Part shown: positions 7,663 to 17,015 of the stretch, piece after piece
How the letters are laid out: each line of letters opens with the position of its first letter
Numbering within the stretch: the stretch's first letter is position 1
Origin: Candidatus Eiseniibacteriota bacterium
Lineage (GTDB): Bacteria; Eisenbacteria; RBG-16-71-46; DASYSL01
NCBI GenBank assembly: GCA_031431875.1
Contig: JANPEF010000050.1
Span: 1-25,550 of the forward strand
Direction: 5' to 3'
DNA: 25,550 nt
The notes under the pieces: generated by a model
The model's input: the letters and a program-made list of their open reading frames with translations, nothing else
Told to the model about the DNA's origin: nothing
The model's database searches: none
Program-made: the position numbers and the translations under genes

Positions 7663-8544
7663 CTAGTGGCCGTGGACGCGCGGGCGCGGCGGCGCCTCGT
7701 CGAGCCGCTCGACGACGCGGCTCACCAGGCGATCGAGCCGCGGTGCCGTGGCCGCCGCGGCCGCCAGGATCTTCGGAATGTCGACCGGTTCGAGGGCATC
7801 CGGCCAGCAGCGATCGGTGATCACGGCGAGAGCGAGCGTGCGCAGCCCACCGTGCACCGCGACCAGGTTCTCCGGCACGAGCGACATGCCGACCACGTCG
7901 GCGCCGATGCCGCGCAGGAAGCGGTACTCCGCCGCCGTCTCGAGGTTGGGCCCGGCGACGGCGACGAACACGCCCTTCCTGACCGCGAGCTTCTGCTCCA
8001 GCGCGACGTCCTCGGCGAGCTGGATCAGCTCCCGGTCGTACGGCTCGCTCATGTCGGGAAAGCGCGGACCGAGCGTTTCGTCGTTGGGCCCGAGCAGCGG
8101 GTTGTCGCCCATCAGGTTGATGTGATCGGTGACCACCATGATGTCGCCCACGCCGAACAGCGGGTTCATCCCACCGACCGCGTTGGACACGATCAGCGTC
8201 CTCGCCCCGAGCGCCTGCAGCACGCGCACCGGGAACGAGACCTGGCGCATCGTGTACCCCTCGTAATAGTGCAGGCGACCGTTCATCACCACGGCGGGGC
8301 GCCCGGCGAGGCGCCCGAACACGAGCTCGCCGCGATGGCCCTCGACCGTCGAGGCGACGAAGTGCGGGATGTCGCCGTAGTCCACGCGGGCCTCGACCGT
8401 CAGGCTGTCCGACAGCGCGCCGAGCCCGGTCCCGAGGATGACCGCAACCTCGGGCACGAGCGCCGTCCGGGTGCGGATCGCGGCGACCGCCTCGTCGATC
8501 TGGGCGCGCAGCGCGCCGGGCTTGTCGGTGTGCGTCAGGCTCAT
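7663..8544 (-). CDS. punA: Purine nucleoside phosphorylase (PunA/XapA type)
   Basis: VILGTGLG, STVEGHRG, GRLHYYEGY, SNAVGG, GPNLETAAE, VGMSLVPE. Confidence 0.93.
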   Translation of the reverse strand: MSLTHTDKPGALRAQIDEAVAAIRTRTALVPEVAVILGTGLGALSDSLTVEARVDYGDIPHFVASTVEGHRGELVFGRLAGRPAVVMNGRLHYYEGYTMRQVSFPVRVLQALGARTLIVSNAVGGMNPLFGVGDIMVVTDHINLMGDNPLLGPNDETLGPRFPDMSEPYDRELIQLAEDVALEQKLAVRKGVFVAVAGPNLETAAEYRFLRGIGADVVGMSLVPENLVAVHGGLRTLALAVITDRCWPDALEPVDIPKILAAAAATAPRLDRLVSRVVERLDEAPPRPRVHGH

Positions 8545-8837
8545 GTGTCTCCCGCGGCGACCCGCGCCGCCAGTCTGCGTTCCAGCTCGTCGACCGCGAG
8601 GTCGATCTCGAGCCGCTTGTCACGTCCACCGGCGCCGTGCACGAGGCGCACGGACCGCGACGGCAGGTCGAGGCTCGTGGCCACGAACGCGACGAGCGCG
8701 TGATTGGCGCGCCCATCGATCGGCGGTGCCGCGATCTTCACCCGGTGTCGGCCGTCGGGCAGGCACCCGGCCCAGCGACTCTGCTTTGCCCCCGGCGTGA
8801 CGCGAACGTCGAGCCGGGCGGATGCGGGCTTGGTCAC
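8541..8837 (-). CDS. DUF167 (YggU) family protein
   Basis: GTG 8837 in a GTGA overlap with yggT; VRVTPGAK, KIAAPPIDGRANHAL, GAGGRDK. Confidence 0.88.
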   Translation of the reverse strand: MTKPASARLDVRVTPGAKQSRWAGCLPDGRHRVKIAAPPIDGRANHALVAFVATSLDLPSRSVRLVHGAGGRDKRLEIDLAVDELERRLAARVAAGDT

Positions 8838-9136
8838 CCCAGGCGCTCGGCCAGCCCGAGCAGCGAGGCGACCACGAACTGGTTGGTGAACTGCAACAAC
8901 AGGATCGCCAGCAAAGGCGACAGGTCGATCCCCAGGCTGTCCATCGGCACGACGCGGCGGATCGGATCGCACAGGAGACCGGCGATGCGCCGGATCGCGA
9001 CGACGACGGGGTGGTATGGATCGAGGCTCGGAATCCACGACAGGATCGCGCTGGCGAAGATGGCGAACGACCACAGGTTGAGGATCATCCCGAGCAGCGT
9101 CGCCAGCGCGTTGAGCAGGTTCCCGAGCACGAACAA
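8834..9136 (-). CDS. yggT: YggT family membrane protein
   Basis: AILSWIP…DPYHPVV…CDPIRRVVP…GIDLSPLLAILLL; sits between yggS and DUF167. Confidence 0.9.
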   Translation of the reverse strand: MFVLGNLLNALATLLGMILNLWSFAIFASAILSWIPSLDPYHPVVVAIRRIAGLLCDPIRRVVPMDSLGIDLSPLLAILLLQFTNQFVVASLLGLAERLG

Positions 9137-9163
9137 GTCCGCCGTCCTTTCGCTCCACTGCCG

Positions 9164-9844
9164 TCAGCCGCGGGCCCCGAAGAGCGCGCTGCCGACGCGG
9201 ACCATCGTGGCCCCCTCCTCGATTGCCACCTCGAAGTCGCCGCTCATCCCCATCGACAGCTCATTCAGGCCCGCGGAGCGGGCCAGCCTTGCCAGCATCT
9301 GGTAGGCCGGTCGCGCCTCGTCCGGCTGCGCGACGAGCGGACCCACGGTCATCAGGCCGCGCAGGGCCAGCCGCGGAAAGTCCCGCCGCACGCTCGCAAT
9401 CAACTCCGACGCGTCCACCGGTTCGACGCCGTGCTTGGCCGCCTCGCCGCTGACATTGACCTCGATCAGCACGTCGAGGGGCGCGGCGCGGCCGAGCTCG
9501 GCGACGTGGCGATCGAGCGCCCCCGCCAGGCGGGCCGAGTCGACCGTCTGGATGCAGTCGAACAGAGCCGCCGCGCGACGCGCCTTGTTCGATTGCAGGT
9601 GCCCGATCAGGTGCCAGGTCGGGCGGGGCATGACGACGGGGATCTTCTCCTCCGCCTCCTGCACCCGGTTCTCGCCCAGGTCGGTCAGCCCCGCGGCCAC
9701 CGCCGCCGAAAGCCGATCCGCCGGGATGGTCTTGGCCGCAGCGATCAGGCGCACCGCCCCGGCCGGTCGCCCCGAGCGTCCGGCGGCCGCGGCGATCCGC
9801 CCGCGCAGGGCGGCCAGACGATCGTCGAAGAAAGGCTCGGACAC
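9164..9844 (-). CDS. yggS: YggS/PLPBP pyridoxal-phosphate homeostasis protein
   Basis: LIAAAKT (PLP lysine), GENRVQE, WHLIGHLQSNK, GLMT, LSMGMSGDFEVAIEEGATMVRVGSALFG. Confidence 0.95.
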   Translation of the reverse strand: MSEPFFDDRLAALRGRIAAAAGRSGRPAGAVRLIAAAKTIPADRLSAAVAAGLTDLGENRVQEAEEKIPVVMPRPTWHLIGHLQSNKARRAAALFDCIQTVDSARLAGALDRHVAELGRAAPLDVLIEVNVSGEAAKHGVEPVDASELIASVRRDFPRLALRGLMTVGPLVAQPDEARPAYQMLARLARSAGLNELSMGMSGDFEVAIEEGATMVRVGSALFGARG

Positions 9845-9879
9845 GGGGTTCCTCGCGGCGGCATGCCGGAAAACGCCTC

Positions 9880-9908
9880 AAGATAGGGCCGAAGCCGCGG
9901 TTCGGCAA
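9880..9908 (-). promoter_or_regulatory. Putative sigma70 promoter of the yggS operon
   Basis: TTGCCG, 17 nt spacer, TATCTT on the minus strand, about 35 nt upstream of the yggS GTG. Confidence 0.45.
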
Positions 9909-9942
9909 GCCCTTGCACGCTCCTGGCAGGACAAAGCCCGGG

Positions 9943-9980
9943 AAAGCGAACGGGGCCCCGGCCTTGCAGCCGAAGCCCCG
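9943..9980 (-). terminator. Hairpin after tmRNA, probable terminator
   Basis: CGGGGCTTCGGC-TGCAAG-GCCGGGGCCCCG followed by TTCGCTTT. Confidence 0.5.
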
Positions 9981-9989
9981 CGACTGTTT

Positions 9990-10353
9990 TGGTGGAGGCG
10001 GCGGGAGTCGAACCCGCGTCCGAAGAATCATTCCCGACAGGCCCCACATGCTTCGCCCTTCTTTATCGCCTTCGCGCCGTCAGCCCCGAAGGGCAGGAGA
10101 CTGCCGGTGCTAGCCCGTCCTGCTCTCGTCGTCGGCCCCCGGGCGAGGCGTCGGACCAGCCGATCATTATCGACGGTGACATCCCGTGCCGCTCGGCAGG
10201 CCCAGGTGCACCGTAGCCGCGTTAGTTCCTAGGAACTAGGCAGCCATTGCCATCTGCGTGTTGGCAGATGATTTTTGCCGACGGTTTAACGAGGTACCGG
10301 CACCTCGGCATGCTCCTGTCGCTGCAGTTTCCCCGTCGAAACCAATCGCCCCC
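9990..10353 (-). ncRNA. ssrA: tmRNA, predicted tag (A)ANTQMAMAA
   Basis: 5' GGGGGCGATTGGTTTCGACGGG, 3' GGTTCGACTCCCGCCGCCTCCACCA with a G3-U acceptor pair; pseudoknot 1 (CGAGG…CCTCG / CGGT…ACCG); tag ORF at 10265..10236. Confidence 0.96.
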
Positions 10354-10380
10354 GACGGTTGTTGCCCCTTCTGATGCAGC

Positions 10381-10851
10381 CTAGAAGGGCAGATCGTCGT
10401 CGCCCGTTCCACCCCCGGGCTCGCCGCTGAACTCGTCGGCCATCCCGCCGGCCGGCACGCTCGCGGTCATCCGCTCGTCGCCGCCGCCGGCCGCGAAGTC
10501 GCTGCCACCGGCGCCGCCGCCCTTGCCACCCAGGAACTGCACGGTCTGGGCGATGACCTCGGTCGTGTACTTCTTCTGGCCTTCCTTGTCCGTCCACTCG
10601 CGGGTCTGCAGGCGGCCCTCGACGTAGGCCGAGCGGCCCTTGTCCAGGTACTGCGCGCAGTTCTCGGCGGTGCGGCCCCAGACGACGATCCGGTGCCACT
10701 CCGTCCGCTCCTGGGCGGGCTGTCCGTCCTTGCCGCCCCAGCGCTCGTTGGTCGCGATGTTGAACTGGGCGACCGCCTGGCCGCCGGGCGTGTAGCGCAG
10801 CTCGGGCTTCTTGCCCAGGTTGCCGATGAGGATGACCTTGTTGACGCTCAT
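10381..10851 (-). CDS. ssb: Single-stranded DNA-binding protein
   Basis: [13 protein letters not shown]…[10 protein letters not shown]…[10 protein letters not shown], Gly-rich linker, DDDLPF tail; own AAGGAG RBS before ATG 10851. Confidence 0.97.
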   Translation of the reverse strand: MSVNKVILIGNLGKKPELRYTPGGQAVAQFNIATNERWGGKDGQPAQERTEWHRIVVWGRTAENCAQYLDKGRSAYVEGRLQTREWTDKEGQKKYTTEVIAQTVQFLGGKGGGAGGSDFAAGGGDERMTASVPAGGMADEFSGEPGGGTGDDDLPF

Positions 10852-10926
10852 GAAGACGCTCCTTGCGAGGGCGTACGCGGGGGCGGCACGGCGGCCCGCG
10901 GGGGCTCGACGTCGCCTTGTTAGCCT

Positions 10927-10956
10927 AGAGTAAGGCCCACCGGGGACCGAAAGCAA
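10927..10956 (-). promoter_or_regulatory. Possible ssb promoter
   Basis: TTGCTT, 18 nt spacer, TACTCT on the minus strand. Confidence 0.35.
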
Positions 10957-10999
10957 CCGGCCCTCGGCGGGCGCCTCTCGGCCCCGAGGAGCCGCCCAG

Positions 11000-11560
11000 G
11001 CGGAGTTGCCACGGTAGATCGCGCCGGTCTCGAGGTCCCAGACGTAGAACCACGAGCCGTTGATTGCCACGTCCGGGTACGGCGTCCCGTTGAAGGTCAC
11101 GACGATCGTCGCACTCCACGACTTCTCGACGTCCAGCCGCGCGCCGTCGCGGTACGCGGTCGCGGTGGTGGTCGTGCGGCCCTCGAACCAGCGCGTCACC
11201 GGGCGATGGAGCGCGGTGAAGTGCGAGATCAGCGTGTCCGCTTGCGCGACCCGCAACCAGGACTCGTCGCGCAGCGGGTTCAGCCCGCCGATGGAACTCG
11301 TGCCGGTATGGCCGACCGTGACGACGTCGCGTGCGGTCGAGTCGGTGCCCGCGATGCGCGAGGTGACTTGCACCGGGTCGGTGGTCGCATCGGGCGCCGA
11401 CTGCTCGGTCCCCGTGAGCGAGAACCAGCGACGCGACAGCGCGATGACGAGCGCGCCCTGCGTCCACGTGGTGTCGGCCTGCAGGCCGAAGCTGGGCCGG
11501 CTCGACTCGAGGCGCAAGGTCGAGCCCGTGCGTGCCGTGCTTCCGCCGGCGCACGCGTCC
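11000..11560 (-). pseudogene. Remnant of a beta-rich (probably secreted) protein gene, lacking a clear start and its own stop; boundaries approximate
   Basis: Protein-like, Thr/Trp-rich segment [20 protein letters not shown]…[32 protein letters not shown] flanked by non-protein-like Arg/Pro/Ala translation; the frame runs on into ssb. Confidence 0.5.
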
Positions 11561-11715
11561 TGCGGCCGCTGCGCACCGAGGACGATGGCGCGCGCGGCTC
11601 CATGGGGCTCGATCCGGAGGGGCACCACCTGAGTTCGACTCGGTCCGCGGCGCGTACACCGAACCGAACCGCCCAATCCCGGATCGTCGAAGGCCGGGCC
11701 TCGGAGGACCGCATC

Positions 11716-11784
11716 ATGTGCCGCAACATCCGCACCCTGTTCAACTTTGCACCGCCGGCCACCGACGAGGAGATCCGCGCGGCC
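11716..11784 (+). pseudogene. N-terminal fragment of a DUF2277-family gene
   Basis: GGAGG RBS then [23 protein letters not shown], matching the DUF2277 N-terminus as I recall it; similarity stops there and the frame continues antisense through the next gene. Confidence 0.6.
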
Positions 11785-11817
11785 ATGGCCGGAATCGGTC
11801 GATTCGTGGACGCCTCG

Positions 11818-12681
11818 CTACCGTGCGGAGCGGGGCGGCGGGTCGCTGCTCCTGTAGCCGTGGACGAGGACGTCGGCGGGATTGAGCACCGTCATCACGA
11901 CCTTCTCGGGAAGCGTGACGCGGCCCTTGCGCATGCTCCTCGACATCCGGTGTGTCAACTCGCCGAGCGCGGCGCCGGCGATCGGCGTGATGACCAGGTC
12001 CTGGATGCTCGGGCGTTCCGCCACGGCCTCGAAGATGTACTCCCACTGGAACGAGAGCGCGGCGGCGAACGCCATGGAGGGCATCGGCGGCGCACCGCGC
12101 GTGCGCACCGAATTGTAGTAGAAGCTCCCGCCGTAGGGATGGCCGATGTAGTTGTGGAACCAGTGATCGGTGTCCATGATCGGCGGCTTGGTCCACGCCT
12201 CGGCAAAGTGGCCGGCCCCCTCGCCGACGAAGTTCGCCGACCACCCGGTCCAGTCCTTGGGCAACATCGCGGTGATGGTCAGGAGCGACAATTCGCCGAT
12301 CGTGATCGGCAGCCACGCCCGGACGTAGAGGCTGCCGGCGCTCGTCGAGGGTGCGCCGAGGGCGGCGGCCTCGAGGGGAATGCCATCGTCGGCCCAGGTC
12401 GGCTGGCCGGCGAGCGCGAGGGCGGAGACCGGGGGCGCGACGATCTCGTCCGTGTCGGCGGTGGCGATCAGCGCGTCCGTTTCCCCCGACGGATACGTGA
12501 CCAGTGTCCACTCGAGGGCCGGCTCCGCCGGCAGGATGAGGCACGACTCCAGGCCGTGCGCGAGCGCAACCGCGGGTCCGCAGCCCGCTCCGAGGAGCGA
12601 CCCGCAGGCGAGGAGAACGGCACAGGATCGGCGGGCGCGCTGCGGCAGCAGGCCGACGCAACGCCGGAACAGGTTGCGCAT
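11818..12681 (-). CDS. DUF3943-like domain protein, probably secreted or membrane-associated
   Basis: DHWFHNYIGHPYGGSFYYNSVR…WEYIFEAVAERPSIQDLVITPIAGAALGE; signal-like N-terminus from ATG 12681 (start uncertain). Confidence 0.78.
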   Translation of the reverse strand: MRNLFRRCVGLLPQRARRSCAVLLACGSLLGAGCGPAVALAHGLESCLILPAEPALEWTLVTYPSGETDALIATADTDEIVAPPVSALALAGQPTWADDGIPLEAAALGAPSTSAGSLYVRAWLPITIGELSLLTITAMLPKDWTGWSANFVGEGAGHFAEAWTKPPIMDTDHWFHNYIGHPYGGSFYYNSVRTRGAPPMPSMAFAAALSFQWEYIFEAVAERPSIQDLVITPIAGAALGELTHRMSRSMRKGRVTLPEKVVMTVLNPADVLVHGYRSSDPPPRSAR

Positions 12682-12901
12682 GAAGGTCCAGGGCGGAAGG
12701 GACAAGACTTCGCCCGCGCGGGGGAACGGAACGCGGGCGAACCGGCGGACGACAGGGCGACGGAGCCAGGAGAGGAATCCTTGCCCACGCGCACTGTACG
12801 GGGCCGCGCGCGATCGCGTCAATCGACCGGGGCGGGACAATCGTCGTGGGGCCGCGAAAACGGGCGCTTTCGCCGGGCTGAAACCGACCGGTGGGGGCGG
12901 A

Positions 12902-12931
12902 TTGACAGGCTGGTCGGAAACGCGATACGTT
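12902..12931 (+). promoter_or_regulatory. Putative sigma70 promoter of the tRNA cluster
   Basis: TTGACA, 18 nt spacer, TACGTT, 28 nt before tRNA-Pro. Confidence 0.55.
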
Positions 12932-12959
12932 GCATCGTCTTGCGGCTGGACATCAGCTC

Positions 12960-13033
12960 CGGGGCGTGGCGCAGCCCGGTAGCGCACCTGCTTTGGGAGC
13001 AGGTTGTCGGAGGTTCAAATCCTCTCGCCCCGA
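12960..13033 (+). tRNA. tRNA-Pro(TGG), CCA not encoded
   Basis: CGGGGCG/CGCCCCG acceptor stem, CCTGC-TTTGGGA-GCAGG anticodon arm, GGTTCAAATCC. Confidence 0.96.
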
Positions 13034-13068
13034 CTCTCCCGCACATGACCCGATCGGTTGCAGGGTGT

Positions 13069-13142
13069 GCGCCTGTAGCTCAGCCGGATAGAGCAGCGGA
13101 TTTCTAATCCGCCGGTCGGGGGTTCGATTCCCTCCAGGCGCA
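13069..13142 (+). tRNA. tRNA-Arg(TCT), CCA not encoded
   Basis: GCGCCTG/CAGGCGC acceptor stem, GCGGA-TTTCTAA-TCCGC anticodon arm, GGTTCGATTCC. Confidence 0.96.
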
Positions 13143-13176
13143 TCCCGTTTTCGCTCCGGGGGGGGCAGCGTCTCGT

Positions 13177-13253
13177 GGTGGGTGTAGCTCAGTTGGCAGA
13201 GCACCGGCTTGTGGTGCCGGGTGTCGCGGGTTCGAGCCCCGTCACCCACCCCA
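13177..13253 (+). tRNA. tRNA-His(GTG), G-1 and CCA encoded
   Basis: G-GTGGGTG/CACCCAC-C-CCA, CCGGC-TTGTGGT-GCCGG anticodon arm. Confidence 0.96.
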
Positions 13254-13285
13254 TCGTCCGTACACGTGACGCCGTCCGGCGCAAG

Positions 13286-13321
13286 CCGGGCGGCATTCGT
13301 GCTTCGAGGCTCGCCGCCCGG
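13286..13321. terminator. Hairpin between the convergent tRNA cluster and the PPK2 gene
   Basis: CCGGGCGGC…GCCGCCCGG inverted repeat; no clear U-tract. Confidence 0.35.
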
Positions 13322-13333
13322 GCGCCCGCAGTC

Positions 13334-14221
13334 CTACTCCCGCAGCAGCGCCGCCCGCGCCTTCGCCAGCTCGCGCAGCTTCGGCGCGTCCAGTTTCGGG
13401 AACTCGTTCTTCAGGCCCGCCATGCCTTCGGCGATCGCCTCGGCGACGACCAGCCGGGTGAACCACTTGTTGTCGGCCGGCACGACGTACCACGGGGCGT
13501 GGGGCGTCGCCGTGTTGCGGATCGCGTCCTCGTAGGCCGCCTGGTACTGCTTCCAGTAGCCGCGCTCCTCCGCGTCGGCGAGTGAGAACTTCCAGTTCTT
13601 CGACTTCTCCTCGAGGCGGGACAGGAAGCGCTTCTTCTGTTCCTTCTTCGACAGGTGCAGGAAGAACTTCAGCACGAGCGTCCCGTTGCGCGCGAGGTGC
13701 CGTTCGAAGTTGCGGATGTCCTCGAAGCGCTCCTTCCAGATGTTCTTCGTCACCAGCTTCGGCGGCAACTGCTGACGCCCGAGGATCTCGGGGTGGACGC
13801 GCACGATCAGCGTCTCCTCGTAGTACGAGCGGTTGAAGATCGCGATGCGCCCGCGCTCGGGCAACGCCTTCGCGCAGCGCCACAGGAAGTCGTGGTCGAG
13901 TTCCTCCGCGGACGGCTGCTTGAACGACGTGACGATCGAGGCCGTCGGGTCCATCCCGGCCATGACGTGCTTGATCGTGCCGTCCTTGCCCGCGGCGTCC
14001 ATCGCCTGGAAGATGAGCAGCACGGCCCAGCGGTCCTCGGCGTAGAGCCGCGCCTGCAGGTCGTCGAGTCGCTGCGTCCCGTCGGCGAGGAGGGATTTCG
14101 CGTCGTCCGCGATCTCGGAAGCCAGGCCGCCCGTGTCCCCTGGCTTGATCTTCTTGAGGCGGAACTTCTTCCCGTCGGTGACGCGGTAATGATCGAGCAG
14201 CGATGCGATGGACCTGGCCAC
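13334..14221 (-). CDS. Polyphosphate kinase 2 family protein (class III-like)
   Basis: GTG 14221 with GGGAG RBS; LIFQAMDAAGKDGTIKHV (Walker A), SFKQPSAEELDHDFLWR, FNRSYYE, PWYVVPADNKWFTR. Confidence 0.93.
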   Translation of the reverse strand: MARSIASLLDHYRVTDGKKFRLKKIKPGDTGGLASEIADDAKSLLADGTQRLDDLQARLYAEDRWAVLLIFQAMDAAGKDGTIKHVMAGMDPTASIVTSFKQPSAEELDHDFLWRCAKALPERGRIAIFNRSYYEETLIVRVHPEILGRQQLPPKLVTKNIWKERFEDIRNFERHLARNGTLVLKFFLHLSKKEQKKRFLSRLEEKSKNWKFSLADAEERGYWKQYQAAYEDAIRNTATPHAPWYVVPADNKWFTRLVVAEAIAEGMAGLKNEFPKLDAPKLRELAKARAALLRE

Positions 14222-14234
14222 GGGAACTCCCGGG

Positions 14235-14864
14235 TTAGGGTGCGAGGCCCCCGCGCGCGGAGAGCAGGGAGACGAGCTGGCGGGCGGCCTGGCCGCGGTG
14301 GGAGATGCGGTTCTTCTCCTCAGGAGCGTACTCGGCCAGGCTCCGCGTGTCGCCCTCGGGTTGGAAGAGCGGGTCGTAGCCGAAGCCCCCGTCCCCTTGC
14401 GCGGCGGAGAGGATGAAGCCCTCGATCGCCCCCTGGGCGACGATTTCGGGGCCCTCCGGCGAAGCGACCACGAGCACGCAGCGGAAGCGCGCCCGGCGGT
14501 TCGGTCCGTGGATCCCGGTGAGCTCGGTGAGCAGCTTCGCGTTGTTCGCCGCATCCGCGCCGGCGCCCGCGACACCGGCGTAGCGAGCCGAGAGCACGCC
14601 CGGATCACCGCCGATGGCGTCGACCTCGAGCCCGCTGTCGTCGGCCAGCGCGGCCCGGCCGGTCGCAGCGACGACAGCGCGCGCCTTGAGGCGCGCATTG
14701 GCCAGGAAGGAGTTCCCGGTCTCCTCGGGCAGGACCACGCCCGCGGGGAGCGGTTCGAGCTCGACCGCGTCCGCGGCGGCGGCCGTGGCGAAGATGGCGG
14801 CCAGCTCCTCGACCTTGTGCGCGTTCGCCGTAGCGAGCACCCAGTGCGCGCTCATGGCGCTCAC
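14235..14864 (-). CDS. rdgB: Non-canonical purine NTP pyrophosphatase (RdgB/HAM1)
   Basis: [45 protein letters not shown]; follows rph. Confidence 0.95.
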   Translation of the reverse strand: MSAMSAHWVLATANAHKVEELAAIFATAAAADAVELEPLPAGVVLPEETGNSFLANARLKARAVVAATGRAALADDSGLEVDAIGGDPGVLSARYAGVAGAGADAANNAKLLTELTGIHGPNRRARFRCVLVVASPEGPEIVAQGAIEGFILSAAQGDGGFGYDPLFQPEGDTRSLAEYAPEEKNRISHRGQAARQLVSLLSARGGLAP

Positions 14865-15595
14865 GCGCTGCGGGCAAACAGGGCGGTGTCGCCGATCGCC
14901 TTCGCCTGCGCCTTGACGATCTTCTTGAGCCCGCGCTCGGCCATCCTGATCAGCGCATTCAGTTCAGCCTTGTCGAACGTGCCCTGCTCGGCCGTCCCCT
15001 GCAGTTCGACGAAGTTCCCCGCCCCGGTCATGACGACGTTCATGTCGGCCTCGGCCGTCGAGTCCTCGAGGTAGCACAGGTCGAGCAGCACGTCCCCCGC
15101 CACCTTGCCGACGCTGATCGCGGTCACCTGGTCCCTGAGCGGCGGCGCGGTGAGGCCGTTGCGGTTGGCGATCGAGAACAGCGCGTCGTGCAGCGCGATG
15201 AACGCGCCGTTGATCGCCGCGGTGCGCGTGCCGCCATCGGCCTCGACCACGTCGCAATCGAGCGTGATGGTGCGCTCGCCGAACGTCCCGAGGTTCGTCA
15301 CCGCGCGCAGGGAACGGCCGATCAGGCGCGAGATCTCGAGCGAGCGGCCGCCGCGATGCGCCTCCCGCGACACGCGCTCGGTGGTCGAGCGCGGCAGCAT
15401 CGCGTACTCGGCGGTGACCCAACCCTGCCCCTTGCCCTTGAGGAAGCCGGGCACGCGTTCCTCCACCGTGGCCGCGCACAGCACGTGCGTCTGCCCGAAC
15501 TGGACCAGGCAGCTGCCCTCGGCGTGATTCAGGTATTTGCGCGTGAACTTCATGGGACGCAGCTCGTGCGCCACGCGGCCGTCGACACGGGACAT
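14861..15595 (-). CDS. rph: Ribonuclease PH
   Basis: ATG 15595 with [56 protein letters not shown]. Confidence 0.97.
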   Translation of the reverse strand: MSRVDGRVAHELRPMKFTRKYLNHAEGSCLVQFGQTHVLCAATVEERVPGFLKGKGQGWVTAEYAMLPRSTTERVSREAHRGGRSLEISRLIGRSLRAVTNLGTFGERTITLDCDVVEADGGTRTAAINGAFIALHDALFSIANRNGLTAPPLRDQVTAISVGKVAGDVLLDLCYLEDSTAEADMNVVMTGAGNFVELQGTAEQGTFDKAELNALIRMAERGLKKIVKAQAKAIGDTALFARSA

Positions 15596-15612
15596 GGAGG
15601 CCTCCTTCGACT

Positions 15613-16437
15613 TCAGATTTGGACGACCTCGACCGGCGGGAGCGCGCGGCCGAGGAAACGTTCGGCCGTCGCGGTGAACGCCGCCGGCAGGTCGGACAGA
15701 TAGAGCGCGTGCCGCGGCACACGCCCCGGGGGCGCAGTCATGCCGCGCTCGACGAGCAGGTCGCGCACGGTGGCCGCGGTCTCGCGGCCGGAGTCGATGA
15801 GGGTCACGCCGTCGCCCATCTCGGCGTGCAGCACCGCCTCGAGCAGCGGGTAGTGCGTGCAGCCCAGCACGAGCGTGTCGAGGCGATGGTCCTCGAGCGG
15901 CGCCAGGTATTCGTGAGCGACCTGCCGCGTCACGGCGTGGTCGATCCAGCCCTCCTCGACCAGCGGCACGAAGAGTGGGCACGCCCGCTCGACCACTTCG
16001 ACATCCGGACGCAGCGCCCGCACGGCGGCGGCGTAGGCGCCGCTGCCCACGGTGCTGGCCGTGGCGATGACGCCAACGCGACCGCTCCTGGTGCGCTCGA
16101 CCGCGGCGCGGGCGCCCGAGTCGATCACCCCGATCACCGGCACGGACAGCTCCTGCTCGAGCGCCGGCAGGGCCAGCGCGCTCGCGGTGTTGCAGGCGAC
16201 GACGAGCGCCTTGACGTCGCGCTTCAGGAGGAAGGCCGCAATCTCGCGGGAGAATCGCGTCACCGTGGCGGGCGACTTGTTGCCGTAGGGCAGGCGGGCC
16301 ACGTCGCCGAAGTAGAGCAGCGCTTCGGCGGGCACCTGGCGCAGCAGCTCACGCACGACGGTGAGCCCGCCGATGCCCGAGTCGAAGACGCCGAGAGGGC
16401 GCGGGTCGTGCACCGTGTCCGGGCGCGGCGTGGTCAT
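15613..16437 (-). CDS. murI: Glutamate racemase
   Basis: [38 protein letters not shown] 16437 in an ATGA overlap. Confidence 0.97.
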   Translation of the reverse strand: MTTPRPDTVHDPRPLGVFDSGIGGLTVVRELLRQVPAEALLYFGDVARLPYGNKSPATVTRFSREIAAFLLKRDVKALVVACNTASALALPALEQELSVPVIGVIDSGARAAVERTRSGRVGVIATASTVGSGAYAAAVRALRPDVEVVERACPLFVPLVEEGWIDHAVTRQVAHEYLAPLEDHRLDTLVLGCTHYPLLEAVLHAEMGDGVTLIDSGRETAATVRDLLVERGMTAPPGRVPRHALYLSDLPAAFTATAERFLGRALPPVEVVQI

Positions 16438-17015
16438 CGCCACTCCGAGACGATGAGCGGGCCGTCGAGCCGCACGTGGCCGCCCAGCGTGATGATCGGC
16501 TGGCCACCGGCGGTCAGCGTCACGCGCGAGACGGCCGGCGCATTCGCGGCGACGGTGCGCAGCAGCGAGGCGACGAGCAGGTGCTCGGCGGTCGAGCCGC
16601 CGTGGAAATTGCGCCTGAGATCGGAGCCGAAGTCGAGGTGCAGGCCGCCGCCGGGGTCCCGGTAGGCGTGCGCGATCGTCGTGCCCTCGGGCAGCGCGGC
16701 GCGCGCGCCCCCGCCCTCGGGTCCCCGCAAGTACTCCGTCACGACGGTGCGCACGAGCTGGTCGCCCTCGATCGCATCCTCGACCACCTCGCGCGTCTCG
16801 AGCACCAGCCCGGCGCCCCGCTCGTCGGGAAACCACAGTTCGATCGCGCGCGTACCGTGCGGGACGACCACGTCGCCCTGCGTCGGGCTCGGCGGCAGTG
16901 CGGCCTGGCGGCGGAACCACCAGATCGCGCCCCCGCCGCCGACGATCGCCAGGATCACGATCACCGCCAGGCTCTTGCCGATCAACGCGAGCAGCCGTCG
17001 CACGAAGCGCATCAT
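16434..17015 (-). CDS. GerMN-domain membrane-anchored protein
   Basis: N-terminal TM helix; EYLRGP…LPEGT…HLDF…GGSTAEHLLVASLLRTV…TLGGHVRL; position between amidase and murI. Confidence 0.82.
   Translation of the reverse strand: MMRFVRRLLALIGKSLAVIVILAIVGGGGAIWWFRRQAALPPSPTQGDVVVPHGTRAIELWFPDERGAGLVLETREVVEDAIEGDQLVRTVVTEYLRGPEGGGARAALPEGTTIAHAYRDPGGGLHLDFGSDLRRNFHGGSTAEHLLVASLLRTVAANAPAVSRVTLTAGGQPIITLGGHVRLDGPLIVSEWR

Noticed and set aside
6950..8716. 588-aa ORF suggesting a long DksA fusion
   Set aside because: The upstream part overlaps the nucleoside phosphorylase and DUF167 genes in another frame; the real start with RBS is at 7642.
11206..13107. 633-aa plus-strand ORF
   Set aside because: Mostly antisense to the DUF3943-like gene and runs through tRNAs; only 23 codons are protein-like.
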